DNA of 64,000 bases, from assembly GCF_036588685.1 (NCBI RefSeq), contig NC_086379.1, positions 85,126,001 to 85,190,000 of the forward strand. Reading direction: 5' to 3'. Shown one piece after another: positions 28,238 through 40,628 of the stretch (the first letter of the stretch is position 1; the number at the start of each line of letters is the position of its first letter). A program made the translations under genes and the position numbers. Source of the DNA: Mytilus trossulus. Lineage: Eukaryota. A model generated the notes under the pieces. It had not been told where the DNA came from, did not search any database, and was given only the letters and a program-made list of their open reading frames with translations.

Positions 28238-28589
28238 TAGGGATCGAACAGTATTTGGAAGGCCATATAATTTACCTAAATTTAGAATAGATAATTTGAC
28301 ATATATTCAAGGAAAACCAATTTAGCAATCTGTGATATCTAATGGAATTTATATGAATTAATAGTTATCATTTCAAAATATACAATGGAAAGCCAACACA
28401 AAGAATCAATATATGTCTAAAACATATTATCTTGTCGGTAGTGAAGGGTCACTATCATGTAGAATCAGTATACAATCCATTAAGACAACACAGGTTCCAC
28501 AAAATCAGGATTCAACATAACTTTCGTTTTAGCCGGATGTCACCATTCAATCTATTGATTGTTTAATGAATCAAAATAAGATAGGTCAA

Positions 28590-28935
28590 GATATCAATAT
28601 CGCCCAGTGAATACGGTATTCCCGAGCTTTCTTTTCCTATTACAATGTCATTAACAGAGGGTAGATGCTGGCAAGGCAGCTATTGAATCATGGCTTCCAA
28701 GTACATAAGTGAAAGTCATCTATTTGAATGTTTTAGGGGCTCTTCACGTTTTGATTAACCATTATGGAATTTCTATGTTACAGATAGCCACGAATATAAT
28801 TCCTTTGTTTTAGCAATACCCCATATCTGACCGTACCTTATTTCCTCGATTTTGACATCACCTTAATATGATACTTGCATTGGATTTTTACTTGCATGAG
28901 CAACTCGACAATCGCGATTGTCACGTGTGGCAGAT
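28590..28935 (+). mobile_element. Highly degraded Penelope-like element fragment
   Basis: Patchy similarity to 63240-63560 (atacggtattcccgagctt; agcaactcgac; cacgtgtggcagat). Confidence 0.45.
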
Positions 28936-30494
28936 ATGCGTTATAAAAACGGCTTAAATGATTTAAACAAAATTCAACAAATAGCATGCTCATTGCAGGC
29001 AATTGTCACACAAAGTAAATATATGATCATTGTGTTGAATATAACCCAAACACACAATACCTTGCAAAGAAAATAACTTTTTGTAAAATTTGATTTATTC
29101 TTCAACACACAGCTGGGAAAATTTGCTTTTGTTTAAGTATGTACTCCCTCTGTATGTCAGATAGTATTTTCATGATCTACTGGTCATGGTGGCAGAGGAC
29201 TAATTGTTCAGTTTTCTAAAAAAAATATAGATTCATGTTATATGAAGCCTTTTTTTTTTATTGATTGTTGTTTTTTTGGCATTCTGTAGAAAAAAATTCA
29301 TGCATATTAAAGACGAGAAGAAATTGATTATACATTAAAGAGTTAAGTTATGCAATGGATTGACCTGTTTAATCGAACGTATAAATGTTTTAATCAGAAA
29401 ATATATTTACAAAGCTGAACAGTTGATGAGCCGCGTTTCACCTAATGTAGTGCTAAGACCAGAACACCAAATGCTGTATTTGTATATGTTATAGGCAATT
29501 TCTAAATTTAGGCATTTTGTAAAATGACGAATTTTCAGGCAATTTATAAAATGCCTAAACTTGACAAGCATTATACAAAATGGCTAAAAATACCTAGCCA
29601 TTTTTTAAAATGACTGAAATTTTGGAGGAAAATTCAGACAACAAAATGCCTGTTCAGTTTCAGTCAATTTGTAAAAGAAAGATATCATTGACAAATGTGG
29701 ACAAAACACAGTATCGTGCAAAGAAAATAACTAATGGATCAGTAAAATTAATTTAATCGCCAAAACCCAGCTGGAAAGGTTTGAATGTTATATGATATGT
29801 TCTTTTCAGTGAAACAACATAAAGTACGTACTCACTTTGTAATTCAGATACTAGAAGTGAATTTATGATTATTTTGTCAAAATAGCCAAATATGTGATAC
29901 ATTTTAAAGACGTAAATTTTTTTATGGGTTATTTCGGTAGGGGATTGACCCGGATAAAGGACAGAAATTTCGACTGCTGCTTGCAATTGAAATGAAGGTA
30001 TTTTGGATAGGGACAGATAATTCCAACTGCAGAACACCCCCAAATAAAATTAAAAATTGCAGAGTTCTTAACGTGCGGAAAGTGTTGCATTTAACTTAAA
30101 TATGAAAATATATTTATTGTTCTCTTTCAGACATAATGAGAATTTAAGTTCGTACATCCTCATCGATACAAACCCCCTCTGCAATATGGGTTTCGCCATA
30201 CACGGCTGTGTTTTGTTGTGATGCGAATATATGGTTGACAGTGTCATCGGACACAAGATAGCCTCTGGAAAGGGGGTGGCACACTTTAAATTTATTTGGT
30301 CCAGTATAAGAAGTGGAGAAAATTTTAAAATTAAATATAAAGGTCAATTGCAATTTTTGTCATATTGTTTTATTTGTAGATTGTAATTTTCTGAACGTTA
30401 TTGCTGTTTACAGTTTATCTATTTAGGCTATATGATAAAAAGAAAGATAATAACCAAAACTGCATATGTCCTTAAAATTGCATTTAACAGACAA

Positions 30495-30665
30495 AGGTAA
30501 AGTCACAAAAATACTGAAATCCGAGGATAATTCAAAATGGAAAGTCCCTATTTAAATTGCAAAAACAAATGATAAAACACACCATATGAATGGACAACAA
30601 CTGTCATATTCCTGACTTGGTACAGGGATTTTCCTTTATAGAAAATGGTGGATTGAACCTGGTAT
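30495..30665 (+). repeat. Interspersed repeat fragment (ccgagga.aattcaaa..ggaaagtccct...ctgtcatattcctgacttggtacagg)
   Basis: Related copy at 38250-38430 and a fragment at 35940-36020. Confidence 0.7.
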
Positions 30666-31427
30666 GACAGTGTTTTGACAGGATAAGCTGCCGAAGACGC
30701 ATCACTGTCAGCGGCAGATCTGCTTCAGTCCGTGAAAAGCTATAAGCCAAAAGATACACGACAAACTAATCATGATATTATACCTGTACCATTTATAAAC
30801 TTAGACAAATGTGTAACATATCCTGTTATCAGTTACAACAATAATTGCACTTTTTTGGTGCTAGTAGACATTTTCGATAATTCAGTAGAATTTAGTTTTA
30901 GTTTTAAAATTTCAAAAGTATGCAAGCTTTAAATTTAATGATCATAATTGATAAACAAGTTCGGCTTTTCAATACATTCAAATGTTCAGTTTTCAAAATA
31001 TTTTGTTCTATAAGATATTTGGCAACAGATAAAATGCTTGAATCTAACATGCATTCATAAAAAAAGTATACATAATCAGGCTTTTTCAAAATGCTTATAT
31101 TAATAAGTATAATTAAGAAAGTTAATATTCAAACTTTTTTTAAAATTAATTTAGATGAACTTAATGATTTTGTGAGAAGACACTCAAAAGACAACATAAC
31201 ATAGCATTGGTAGCAATATTCGAGGAAAGATACAAAGTGGAATATTGCAACAATATCATCCCTCGAGTAAACATTGGATAAACACTCTAGACCGAATACT
31301 ATCGAATATGAAGTGGCATGAGAAATCCTTCCAAAGCAGCACTACACTAGGATCAGTCTGAGATCAGGGACAAGGTTATCATGGTTATATAACATCACTT
31401 ACCAAGCCGATCAACGATTAGTGTACT

Positions 31428-32390
31428 ATGAATAATTCATCTTCGAATCTTGACACGACATTTTCTTCTATTTTGATTTCTTTTATGATTTTACAACAGT
31501 TGATATTTGTTGTTGCCTTTATTGGTAATAGTCTGGTTATATGGATATTTCTTACAAGGCTGAAACTTAAATCGAGCACGAATAGATTTATAGTAAGTCT
31601 TGCATTGGCTGACGTGCTGACGGGAATAGTTACGGGTGTCCAGATATTCTACTTTGTGTACCCGGTAATGAACGACAATATGGTGACATGTTTCCTCCGA
31701 TATTTATCGATTAACTACACGACACAGGTTTCTCAAATGACTGTAATGTTTACAACTTTTGACAGATACGTCGCCATCTGCCATCCACATCACTATGTTA
31801 GTGTAATGACGAGAAAAGTAGCCATTATTTTGTCCGTGTTACCATGGGTACTATCTTTAGCATCCGTAGGTTCACCATTGTTAGGTTGGCATATTTGGGA
31901 ACGAGGATGTCGATGTGAATATTTGTTAATATTTGAAAGAGGATACTATCTGACGTCATCAGTTATAACGTACTCTTTCAGCATACTAACGTTTATAATG
32001 TACATTTTTATACTAAAAACAGCATGGCGATATTACTCTAGAGTTAAACCAGTTGGTGGTGACAGTAGCTGTAATCATGGTACAAATAAGTCCAAAACAA
32101 TGGAACGTGATGTACGGAATGCCAAAGTAACGGGTGTTGTAACCCTAGCATTTTCAGTTTGTTGGTTGCCATTCATGACATTCCCTTTTCAGAAAGGAAT
32201 TGGTATAGACCAAATATCAGACACAGGTCTAACGGTTATGAACTGGCTTGTTTTCTTAGGAATGTTAAACAGCATTGTTAATCCATTTATTTATGCTTGG
32301 AAGCGACGGGACTTTAGTAAAGAATGTAAAAGGACATTTGGATGCTTTAAAAATCAGGAGGATATGTCTCAAACATCGGTAGAGTTTTAA
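31428..32390 (+). CDS. Intronless class A (rhodopsin-like) GPCR, 320 aa, adenosine/MECA-cluster-like orphan
   Basis: Seven hydrophobic segments; GN (TM1), LAxxD (TM2), C3.25, DRY (TM3), W (TM4), CWLP (TM6), NPFIY (TM7); N-terminal NxS sites. Position 3.32 is Ile, so it is not an aminergic receptor. Confidence 0.96.
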   Translation: MNNSSSNLDTTFSSILISFMILQQLIFVVAFIGNSLVIWIFLTRLKLKSSTNRFIVSLALADVLTGIVTGVQIFYFVYPVMNDNMVTCFLRYLSINYTTQVSQMTVMFTTFDRYVAICHPHHYVSVMTRKVAIILSVLPWVLSLASVGSPLLGWHIWERGCRCEYLLIFERGYYLTSSVITYSFSILTFIMYIFILKTAWRYYSRVKPVGGDSSCNHGTNKSKTMERDVRNAKVTGVVTLAFSVCWLPFMTFPFQKGIGIDQISDTGLTVMNWLVFLGMLNSIVNPFIYAWKRRDFSKECKRTFGCFKNQEDMSQTSVEF

Positions 32391-32693
32391 CTAGGACTCT
32401 GTAGCATTTTTAATTTCACTTTCGCTTTGACTTTTTTTTTTAAATATTGAAAAACAGAAATAAATTGAGTAGACTTAAACAATGAAAATTAGTATGTCAT
32501 ATAAGACAAGACAATGATACATGTATATGAATAAACTTCTTTGCATTATTTGAGTATCCTGTTTTCAACTGTTTTAATGTCTCTTTTTATTTTGACATTA
32601 ATTCAAAATGATCGTTTTGGAATTGTATTGAATACATACTAATCGTCACTTGCTAGTTTATATTGTAATTGTACGTTGGAGATCTCAGCCTAT

Positions 32694-32890
32694 GTTTCTA
32701 TTCCAGGCATAGATTACCTTAGCCGTATTTAGCACAACTTTTTTTGAATTTTGGATCCTCAATGCTCTTCAACTTTGTACTTGTTTGGCTTTATAACTAT
32801 TTTGATATGAGCGTCACTGATGAGTCTTATGTAGACGAAACGCGCGTCTGACGTACTTAATTATAATACTGGTACTTTTGATAACTATTA
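32694..32890 (+). mobile_element. 5'-truncated retrozyme copy with intact hammerhead
   Basis: Colinear with 26768-26961. Confidence 0.9.
32811..32854 (+). ncRNA. Minimal type I hammerhead ribozyme (intact)
   Basis: GCGUCA-CUGAUGA-GUCUuauguAGAC-GAA-ACgcgcGU-C^UGACGU. Stem I has a U-A pair where the 26884 copy has U-G; cleavage after 32848. Confidence 0.92.
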
Positions 32891-33647
32891 ACAACATTAT
32901 TAAGGACGATTAATAAAGGCAACAGTAGTATACCCCTGTTTAGAAGTCATAAGTTGATTATGGTAGATTCACTGTATACCATCATCTTGGATTGTTCAAT
33001 ACCAGTACACAATCGGTCTAGTTCTTTGCTTAAAGCTGCAAATTTAGGGATAGATTCGAAATGTATGTGTAAGACTGTTGTGTTGTATAAAACAATATTG
33101 TATAATCCGAAATGTTTAAACCAAAACCAAAAATTTGTGATTTTTTTTCCATTCAAATTTGCAATCTAAGAGGGGATAACTATTATTGTGATGATTGGAG
33201 TGAAAGAGAAATTTGTATATTTTACTTGTAGCATAACAACAAGTTCGATGCCACCATTTTTTTTAATTTTCTGAAAGCATATCATAAAACCTATCTTTTC
33301 ATATTTTTGTTGTAAAACTTAAGATTTCGTAGATTTCCCTTTTATGCTTAAAAAAATGTGTTTTTCATGACCAATCTATGCAAATTTGGGCAATTGTGTA
33401 GCTTGAAAAAAAAGTACGATGACCCATACTTTTTATTATATTTTGGAAAAGTATTGTAAATTCGTCATTTAGGCAAAGTAAGAAAAAAATCAATCTGAGG
33501 AAGTATACACCGAGGATCCACTTAAAGAGAAATCAAATAAGCGTTACAAACTAAAGCCGAGGGAAGCATATCAACACCACGAGGAAAAAAAGAGTAACTG
33601 AACTGCAACCAACACATTAAGAACAATAAAACAGAATAAAGTCTCGT

Positions 33648-33734
33648 TATTGTATAGAAAGGTATATACTATGAAAATTAGAGCGGCTGTGCCCCAAGCT
33701 CTTATTTTCATAGTATATACCTTTCTATACAATA
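33648..33734. repeat. 87-bp near-perfect hairpin
   Basis: 37-bp arms (tattgtatagaaaggtatatactatgaaaat.agagc) with 1 mismatch and a 13-nt loop. Confidence 0.9.
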
Positions 33735-34750
33735 TCCAATTTAGCACATATTTACAACTTGAGTAATCCTGTAATTAGTCTATTGATATGTTTTGGCTGA
33801 CTGGATGTAGCTCATTTACATAGTTTTGTAAATCTACTCACTATAATATCATTGTAAAAATGGGATTTCAAAAGGCGCTTGACATTAGAATGTAAAGAAG
33901 GTAGCTGCTGGTGTAAGTATGTTTATTGATATAAAGTGTTGTTTTACTATACATGTACTTATTTACATGGAAAGATGACAAAATGAATTGACCAAGAGCA
34001 GACAATTCTTAAATTGCAGTGAAAGCTTTACATTCTTGAAAACATTTTTTAATTTCACATAAAACCTAAAACTATCTTGAAAATGCGTTTGAATGAGTAC
34101 AAACAGTTGGACCCCCTCCCACATCTTTGGATGAAACACCTTTTAAAAAAGGCTGGATCTGCCCCTGGTATGTACCCATAGGTAGTATAGTGAATAGTTT
34201 ATATGCTTGAAATATTTGTCACTAGACATTAGGCAACCAATTATCGACAAATTTTTGACTAAATATATCAAATTGCTTTATTAATAATTTCCCTTCAAAA
34301 GATTCACGGTTGAGTCTTTTTGTGTACAAAGTAATTGCATGGAAGATAAAGGATTACAAATTTTAGATTGAGTTGTACTTTTATCAAGGTATAAAGCACC
34401 ATAATTATTACTGTTTTTAATGAAAGAAACTTTTTTAATTGTCAAAACAAAATTTAGATCAAACGATTGATTAGTAGGATGTTAAAAATCTGTTTGAAAA
34501 CTAATTACAAACTATTTAGTTAATTTGGAACACATCATTTATTTCAAAATAGCCAGTAGCAATTTTTGTTCTAATATCCTGATTACAATACAATGAAATC
34601 TTACCCTTGTGTTCATTCATGCGTAGTTACTTAGTAGTACTATAAAAAATTAGAAGGCATAATCAAGCAATTTGATTGGACGAGAAGTTGTAAGTATGTG
34701 CTAACTTGTTTTAACTACAACTAAACCTTCTTATTCTTAACCTTTTACTT

Positions 34751-35061
34751 GATGTATGGTGAACACAATTATTAGCATTTTACTTAATCTTTTGAATGAT
34801 GTATGGTAAACACAATTATTAGCATTTTACTTAATCTTTTGAATGATGTATGGTAAACACAATTATTAGCATTTTACTTAATCTTTTGAATGATGTATGG
34901 TGAACACAATTATTAGCATTTTACTTTATCTTTTGAATGATGTATGGTGAACACAATTATTAGCATTTTACTTAATCTTTTGAATGATGTATGGTGAACA
35001 CAATTATTAGCATTTTACTTAATCTTTTGAATGATGTATGGTGAATACAATTATTAGCATT
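34751..35061. repeat. 47-bp tandem repeat, ~6.6 copies
   Basis: GATGTATGGTRAACACAATTATTAGCATTTTACTTAATCTTTTGAAT. Confidence 0.97.
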
Positions 35062-36861
35062 AAATTTCAGGAGAAAAAAAACATGAAGTCAGTTACCTTT
35101 AGAAAACAATTTATGCAATGGAGCAATCAATGATAAAATAAAATATATCAAGAATACTATATATACTAATAGTAGCGGATATACTCGCTAAATACTGGAC
35201 TTTTACCTATCATTTATATTTAGATGGGTCATAAATAACTCATCTGGTTCAACCCACCATTATTTTTCTTAAAATGTCCTATATCAAGTCAGGAAAATGA
35301 TAGTTGTTATCTTATAGTTCGTTTCTGTGTGTGTTGCATTGTTGTTTGTTTTTTAGTCACTTAAGTGTTTTTGTTGTTTTCCTCTTATATATATATAGTT
35401 GATGTGTTTCCCTCAGTTTTAGTTTGTAACCCGGATTAGTGTTCTCTTAATCGATTAATGACTTTCGAATAGCAGTATACTACTGTTGCCTTTATTCATC
35501 ATACATACTTGTATGTAACCCGCTGCATTGTTATGCATCTGGTCTAAGTCAGAAGCCTATTGTTCAATGGTTGTCGTTTGTTGGTGTGGTTCATAGAGGT
35601 TTCTCCTTCCTCAATTTATACATAGATTAGAACGTTGGCTTTTTCTGTTAAATTGTTTTACGTCAGTCATTTTGGAACCTTGATAGCTTGCTGTTCGGTG
35701 TAAGCCAGTTCACCTTGTTAAAGTCCTTACTTTGACCTATAAGTCTTTTTTGATACATTGTGAATTGGATCGAGAGCTCTCATATCACATCTTCTTATCT
35801 ATAAGGGAATAAAATCTTCCTTCTTTAAAAAAACCCAAACAATTCTCCAGGGACGGTCGAATCAAGTTAATCCAACTAATCTTATTTTATATTCATGTAA
35901 TTTATTGCTGGTGAAAAAAATTAAATAAATATAAAATACAGATCACCAAGGAAAATTGAAATCGGAAAGTCTAATATCAAATGGCAAAATCACAAAAATT
36001 CATATACATAAAACGAATTGATGACTTGTTTTTATTTTAAGGCTGCTTCGATTTCCTTTGGAAGTTTGTCACAGTGGGATAATACGTATACATTCACAGC
36101 TGATTCTGTCGTCTATAAGCAGTGTTATAATGTAACTTTGTAAAAAAAGGCAACAGGAGTACACCGCTGTTCAAAACTCATAAATCCATGGACAAAAAAC
36201 AAAATCGGGGTAACAAACTAAAACCGAGGGAAACGCATTAAATATAAGAGGAGAACAACGACACAACACCGAAACGCAACACACACAGAAACGGACCAAG
36301 CATCAGACAAAATCCCACGAGAATAACACAAATAACTTCTAAACCAAATACATGACTTTGTAAACCAGACGCATGTTTCGTCTACAAATGCATAATAACA
36401 ATTTGAAGGCAAAAAAAAAGAGCATTGTGAACCCAAATTCCAAAAGGTATTGTAAATTACAACTAAGGGTATCTATTTCTTGCGGAAAAAAATTCCTTAG
36501 TATTATCTCAGTATTATTGTTTATATAGGAAACACCATTCTAAAGATATATCATTGATGAATAAAGGCAATAGTGGTAAACCGCTGTTCGGAAGTCATAA
36601 ATCGATTGAGAAAAAACAAATCCGGATTACAAACTAAAATGAGGGCAACACACAACCTATCAGAGGAAAACAACGAAATAACAGAAACACTGAAGTGCAA
36701 CAAAAAAACAAACGACAATGCAACACACGCAGAAGCGAACTATAAAATAACAACTGCCATTTTTCTGACTTGGTACAGGACATTTTTAAGAAAATGGTGG
36801 ACTGAATAGTTCTAATTGTTATTGATGCCTAGACCACAACGAAAATCACCCGATTAAATGT

Positions 36862-37040
36862 TTAGTAAATAAACTCATCATAGATACCAGGACTAAATTT
36901 AGTATATACGCCAGACGCGCGTTTCGTCTACAAAAGACTCCTCATTGACGCTCGAATTCCCAAAAGTTGACAATGCCAAATAAAGTACGAAGTTGAAGAG
37001 CATTGAGGACCAAAATTCCTAAAAGTTTTGCCAAATTCAA
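36862..37040 (-). mobile_element. Retrozyme fragment of a related subfamily; hammerhead at 36908-36951 with C3->A core mutation
   Basis: - strand reads gcgtca-AUGAGGA-gucu-uuugu-agac-GAAACGCGCGUC-uggcgu. A further broken remnant lies at ~36358-36500. Confidence 0.85.
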
Positions 37041-37409
37041 AAAAAAAAAATGTTTTGATATACTAAATATAGAAGAAAAACTCGGGTCATTGCAAAAACA
37101 AAAGTATGGCAGTGATCAGCGAATTGGAATCTTGAATGCAAACAACTCAAATCACAGAGGAAACATATGACACACTAATAGAATTGTCTCCTGAGTTGAG
37201 GTATATGAGAATCTAAATGCCTGATGAAAAACTCCAGTTGGAAGCTCTTTTGTCAAAATGCATCGTAACATGTTCAAAGGCTGAATTTGATATAAAATTT
37301 ACTCAGTGAGTATTGAAATCCATTAGGCACCGCCAATCAACCAACGAATACGACAAATACCTTGAACTTTGTTGAAGTGCCAAAGTCTGGTGAAATTGAA
37401 TCAAGACAA

Positions 37410-37872
37410 CCATTCTACTCTTGGCGGATTACGGAGTATATATCTCTCAGTTAAAACGGTTTTGCATTTCCAGTTATGCTTTCCTTGATAGAGGGTTTCT
37501 GCTCACAAGGAAGCTATTAAAACAAGCGTTCTCAGTAGTGAAGTTAAAATCATTCATTGGTAAGTTATACGCGTATGGAATATCCGTTTCACAGGTGATA
37601 ACAGATATCTTCCTAAAGTTTTCTGGAATGTGACCTACCAAATCAAAATTATAACCGAATTTGAACTAACATGAGCAACACGACTGCTGCCACGACATAT
37701 GAAACAGGATTAGCTTATCCTTCCGGAGCACCTGATATCACCCAAGGTATTGGTGGGGTTCGTGTTGCTCTATCTTTGGTTTTCTATGTTGTGTCTTGTA
37801 TACTCTTGTGTTTCCTTCTTTTATAACCATGGTGTGTCGTTGAGTTTTAATGTTTCTCTGGAATCCTTCGTC
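37410..37872 (+). mobile_element. Degraded Penelope-like element 3' fragment
   Basis: ORF peptide YGVYISQLKRF...FLDRGFLLTRKLLKQ; the tail (gtgacctacc...agcaacacgac...ggagcacctga) matches 63227-63750. Confidence 0.8.
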
Positions 37873-39049
37873 TATTATGTTAACACCAGACACAGCCATG
37901 TAAACCCTTCCACACTGAACAAGGTTCAAGTACTGACATTAGTCAAGAATGCACAAATCGGAAAGGGCGTCTACCGGTAGATGGCGCACCATTGTAATCA
38001 CAAATTTTAGCTTAATCTGCCAAGGATGGATAGGAATGGGCTGGCTTGATTAGCAAGTATGACTTCAAACTAGTGGTTTGGAAATTGAAATGTATAAGCG
38101 CCTGTAGGCAGGTGAAGGCGAGACCAAATCATCTCAAAACTGCCTTCATGATCAAAGGACCTGTCCACTTCACACGTATGAAATTCTGGCTTTACATGCT
38201 TTGTCTACGTATGCCCGTGCTATTGTGTGGTCTTATTTGGCAAAAGTAGAATATCAAAAATACCAAACTCCGTGGAAAGTCCCCAAGCAAATGGCAAAAT
38301 TAAAAGCTCAAACACATCGAATGAATTGATAACAGCTGTCATATTCCTGACTTGGTACAGGGATATTTTAATGTAGAAAATGGTGGAATAAAACTGGTTT
38401 TATAGTTTGCTAAACCTCTCACTTGTTTGGCAGTGGCATAAAATTATTTTGAAATTGATATGTGAACAAAACAAACGGACAAAGTAGGTAAAAATGTCAA
38501 AAATAGGGATACAGCAGTCAACATTGTATCATAAGCTTAATCACTATCAAATCAAGCATACATAAAAACATAAATAAACAAAAAGCATATAGACAAAGCA
38601 CATTAGCAAAATTGAAAGATAAACATGTAAATCTTACCAAAACACAATAACGGGATGTACAAGTATCGAGCAACGCCAAAGTAAATTGTTTCTTCGACGT
38701 TTTTCTTGTCATAGGAAAACGTCAATAATCATATCGAAAGAAGGAAGTTAGAACCTTCTTAGGCAAAAATCTGAACAGACAAGGTATGTCAATCGGTGAG
38801 AGGTATGGTGAAATAATCAAATGTTGAGAAAAACAATCAAATAAATTAGAAAGCCAAATCCATTCATAGATGGAAGAGCAACACAAAAATGCCGAAAGAC
38901 CACCATTGTCAGAACGTAGGTACTGTTTCTGTCCGAGGCTCTATGGTATTGTCAGAACGTAGGTACTGTTTCTGCTGGAGGCTCTATAGAAATAATGTGA
39001 AATTGATTACTCTCGTAGTGGTAAGAACCATATGTGTACTCTAAAGCAA

Positions 39050-39960
39050 TACTTTTACATGTAAGTTATGTAAATATTCAAAGTTCATGAACCATGTCTG
39101 ACGGTACATCACTTGACAATCTCCATGGCAATGATTGTGCCAATGCGGATACAACTGCATACCAAATATTATTGACTTATGCTAAGTCTTTCTCTGAAAA
39201 CTATGTAAAAGTTTCAAAGTCAATGAACCATGTTTGGATTATATATTCTCCATAAAAACAGGACTTACAAATGCCAATAATTTGCATACCAAATATCATT
39301 GACTTCAAATTAGGGGTTCACCATAGCCTGATCTAATCACAAACTAAATACATGTAAACTAAGCTAAAGTATTAAAGTCAATAGACAATGACTGAGGGAG
39401 CAGGGCCAAATATTCCCCCATGGACATGAAATGTGCTAAACCTTATACAGCTGCATACCAATTAACCAGGGGAAGGGGCCAAATATTCTCAATGGAAATG
39501 AAATGTGCTAATACTTGTACAACTGAATACTGAGTTCCAGTTAACATTGGCCTACCACTAATGGTTCCCCTTGAAATGAGATATGCCAACTTATACATGT
39601 TAACTAAGCAAAAATTTAATAGACCAGGACTAAGGGGGGCAGAGCCAAATAGTCTCCATTGAAAAGAGATATGTTTATACAACAGCATATCTAATATCTT
39701 TGACCTACCACTAGTGGTTCCCCATAAACTGACCTAATTACAAACTGATACAAAAGACCATGACTAAAGGGGCAGGGCCAACGTATCTCCATGGAAATGA
39801 GATGTTTCAATGGCAATGCAAATACAACTGCATACCAAATATGTTTGACGTACAATTTATAGTTCACCACAAACTAGACCAAATCACAAACTTATACATT
39901 ATTGACCAAAACAGCATACCTATGTTTCACTTTTAGACAACCTCAAGTGAGACAAAAATT
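39050..39960 (-). mobile_element. Degenerate HINE-like element with internal repeats
   Basis: Recurring caactgcataccaaatat / ggggcagggccaaata units; ends with atacctatgtttcactt...aagtgagacaaaaa (short inverted repeat). Confidence 0.5.
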
Positions 39961-40092
39961 GAATCATAATATCCTGGTAATATGCACATTTACATAGTAT
40001 GTTACACAAAAAGTTTCATGAAATTCTGTAGAGTGGATTCAAAGGAGTTACAATGACAAGAACAGACTGATGGACGGACAGACAGAGAGAGG

Positions 40093-40248
40093 GATGGGTC
40101 AAAACATTATATAGATATAGGAAGATGTGGTGTGAGTGCCAATGAGACAACTCTCCATCCAAATAACAATTTATAAAAGTAAACCATTACAGGTCAAAGT
40201 ACGGCCTTCAACTTGGAGCCTTGGCTCACACCGAACAACAAGCTATAA
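40093..40248 (+). repeat. SINE-like interspersed repeat (tataggaagatgtggtgtgagtgccaatgagacaactctcc...)
   Basis: Diverged inverted copy at ~35680-35802. Confidence 0.65.
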
Positions 40249-40628
40249 CATGATACAAATTATAGCCTACTTTGTGCCATGGGGTATAAAAGTCAGATGA
40301 TTAACCCAATGAATAAACTTAAATTAATATATCTTTATAATTTCTGCAATGAACATATGCTTATACATCATTCTTATTATTAAACTGTTTATACAATTAT
40401 GCTCATTATAAATTGTTAAACAGTACAATCATGATTTTTATACATCATGACACGGTACAATCATGATTTTTATACATCATGACATGGTACAATCATGATT
40501 TTTAAAAATAATTAATAGGTACAATCATGATTATAAATTATTATACAGTACAATCATGATTATTATATATAACATAATTATTATACAGTACAATCATGAA
40601 ACAGTACAACAATGATTATTATAAATGA

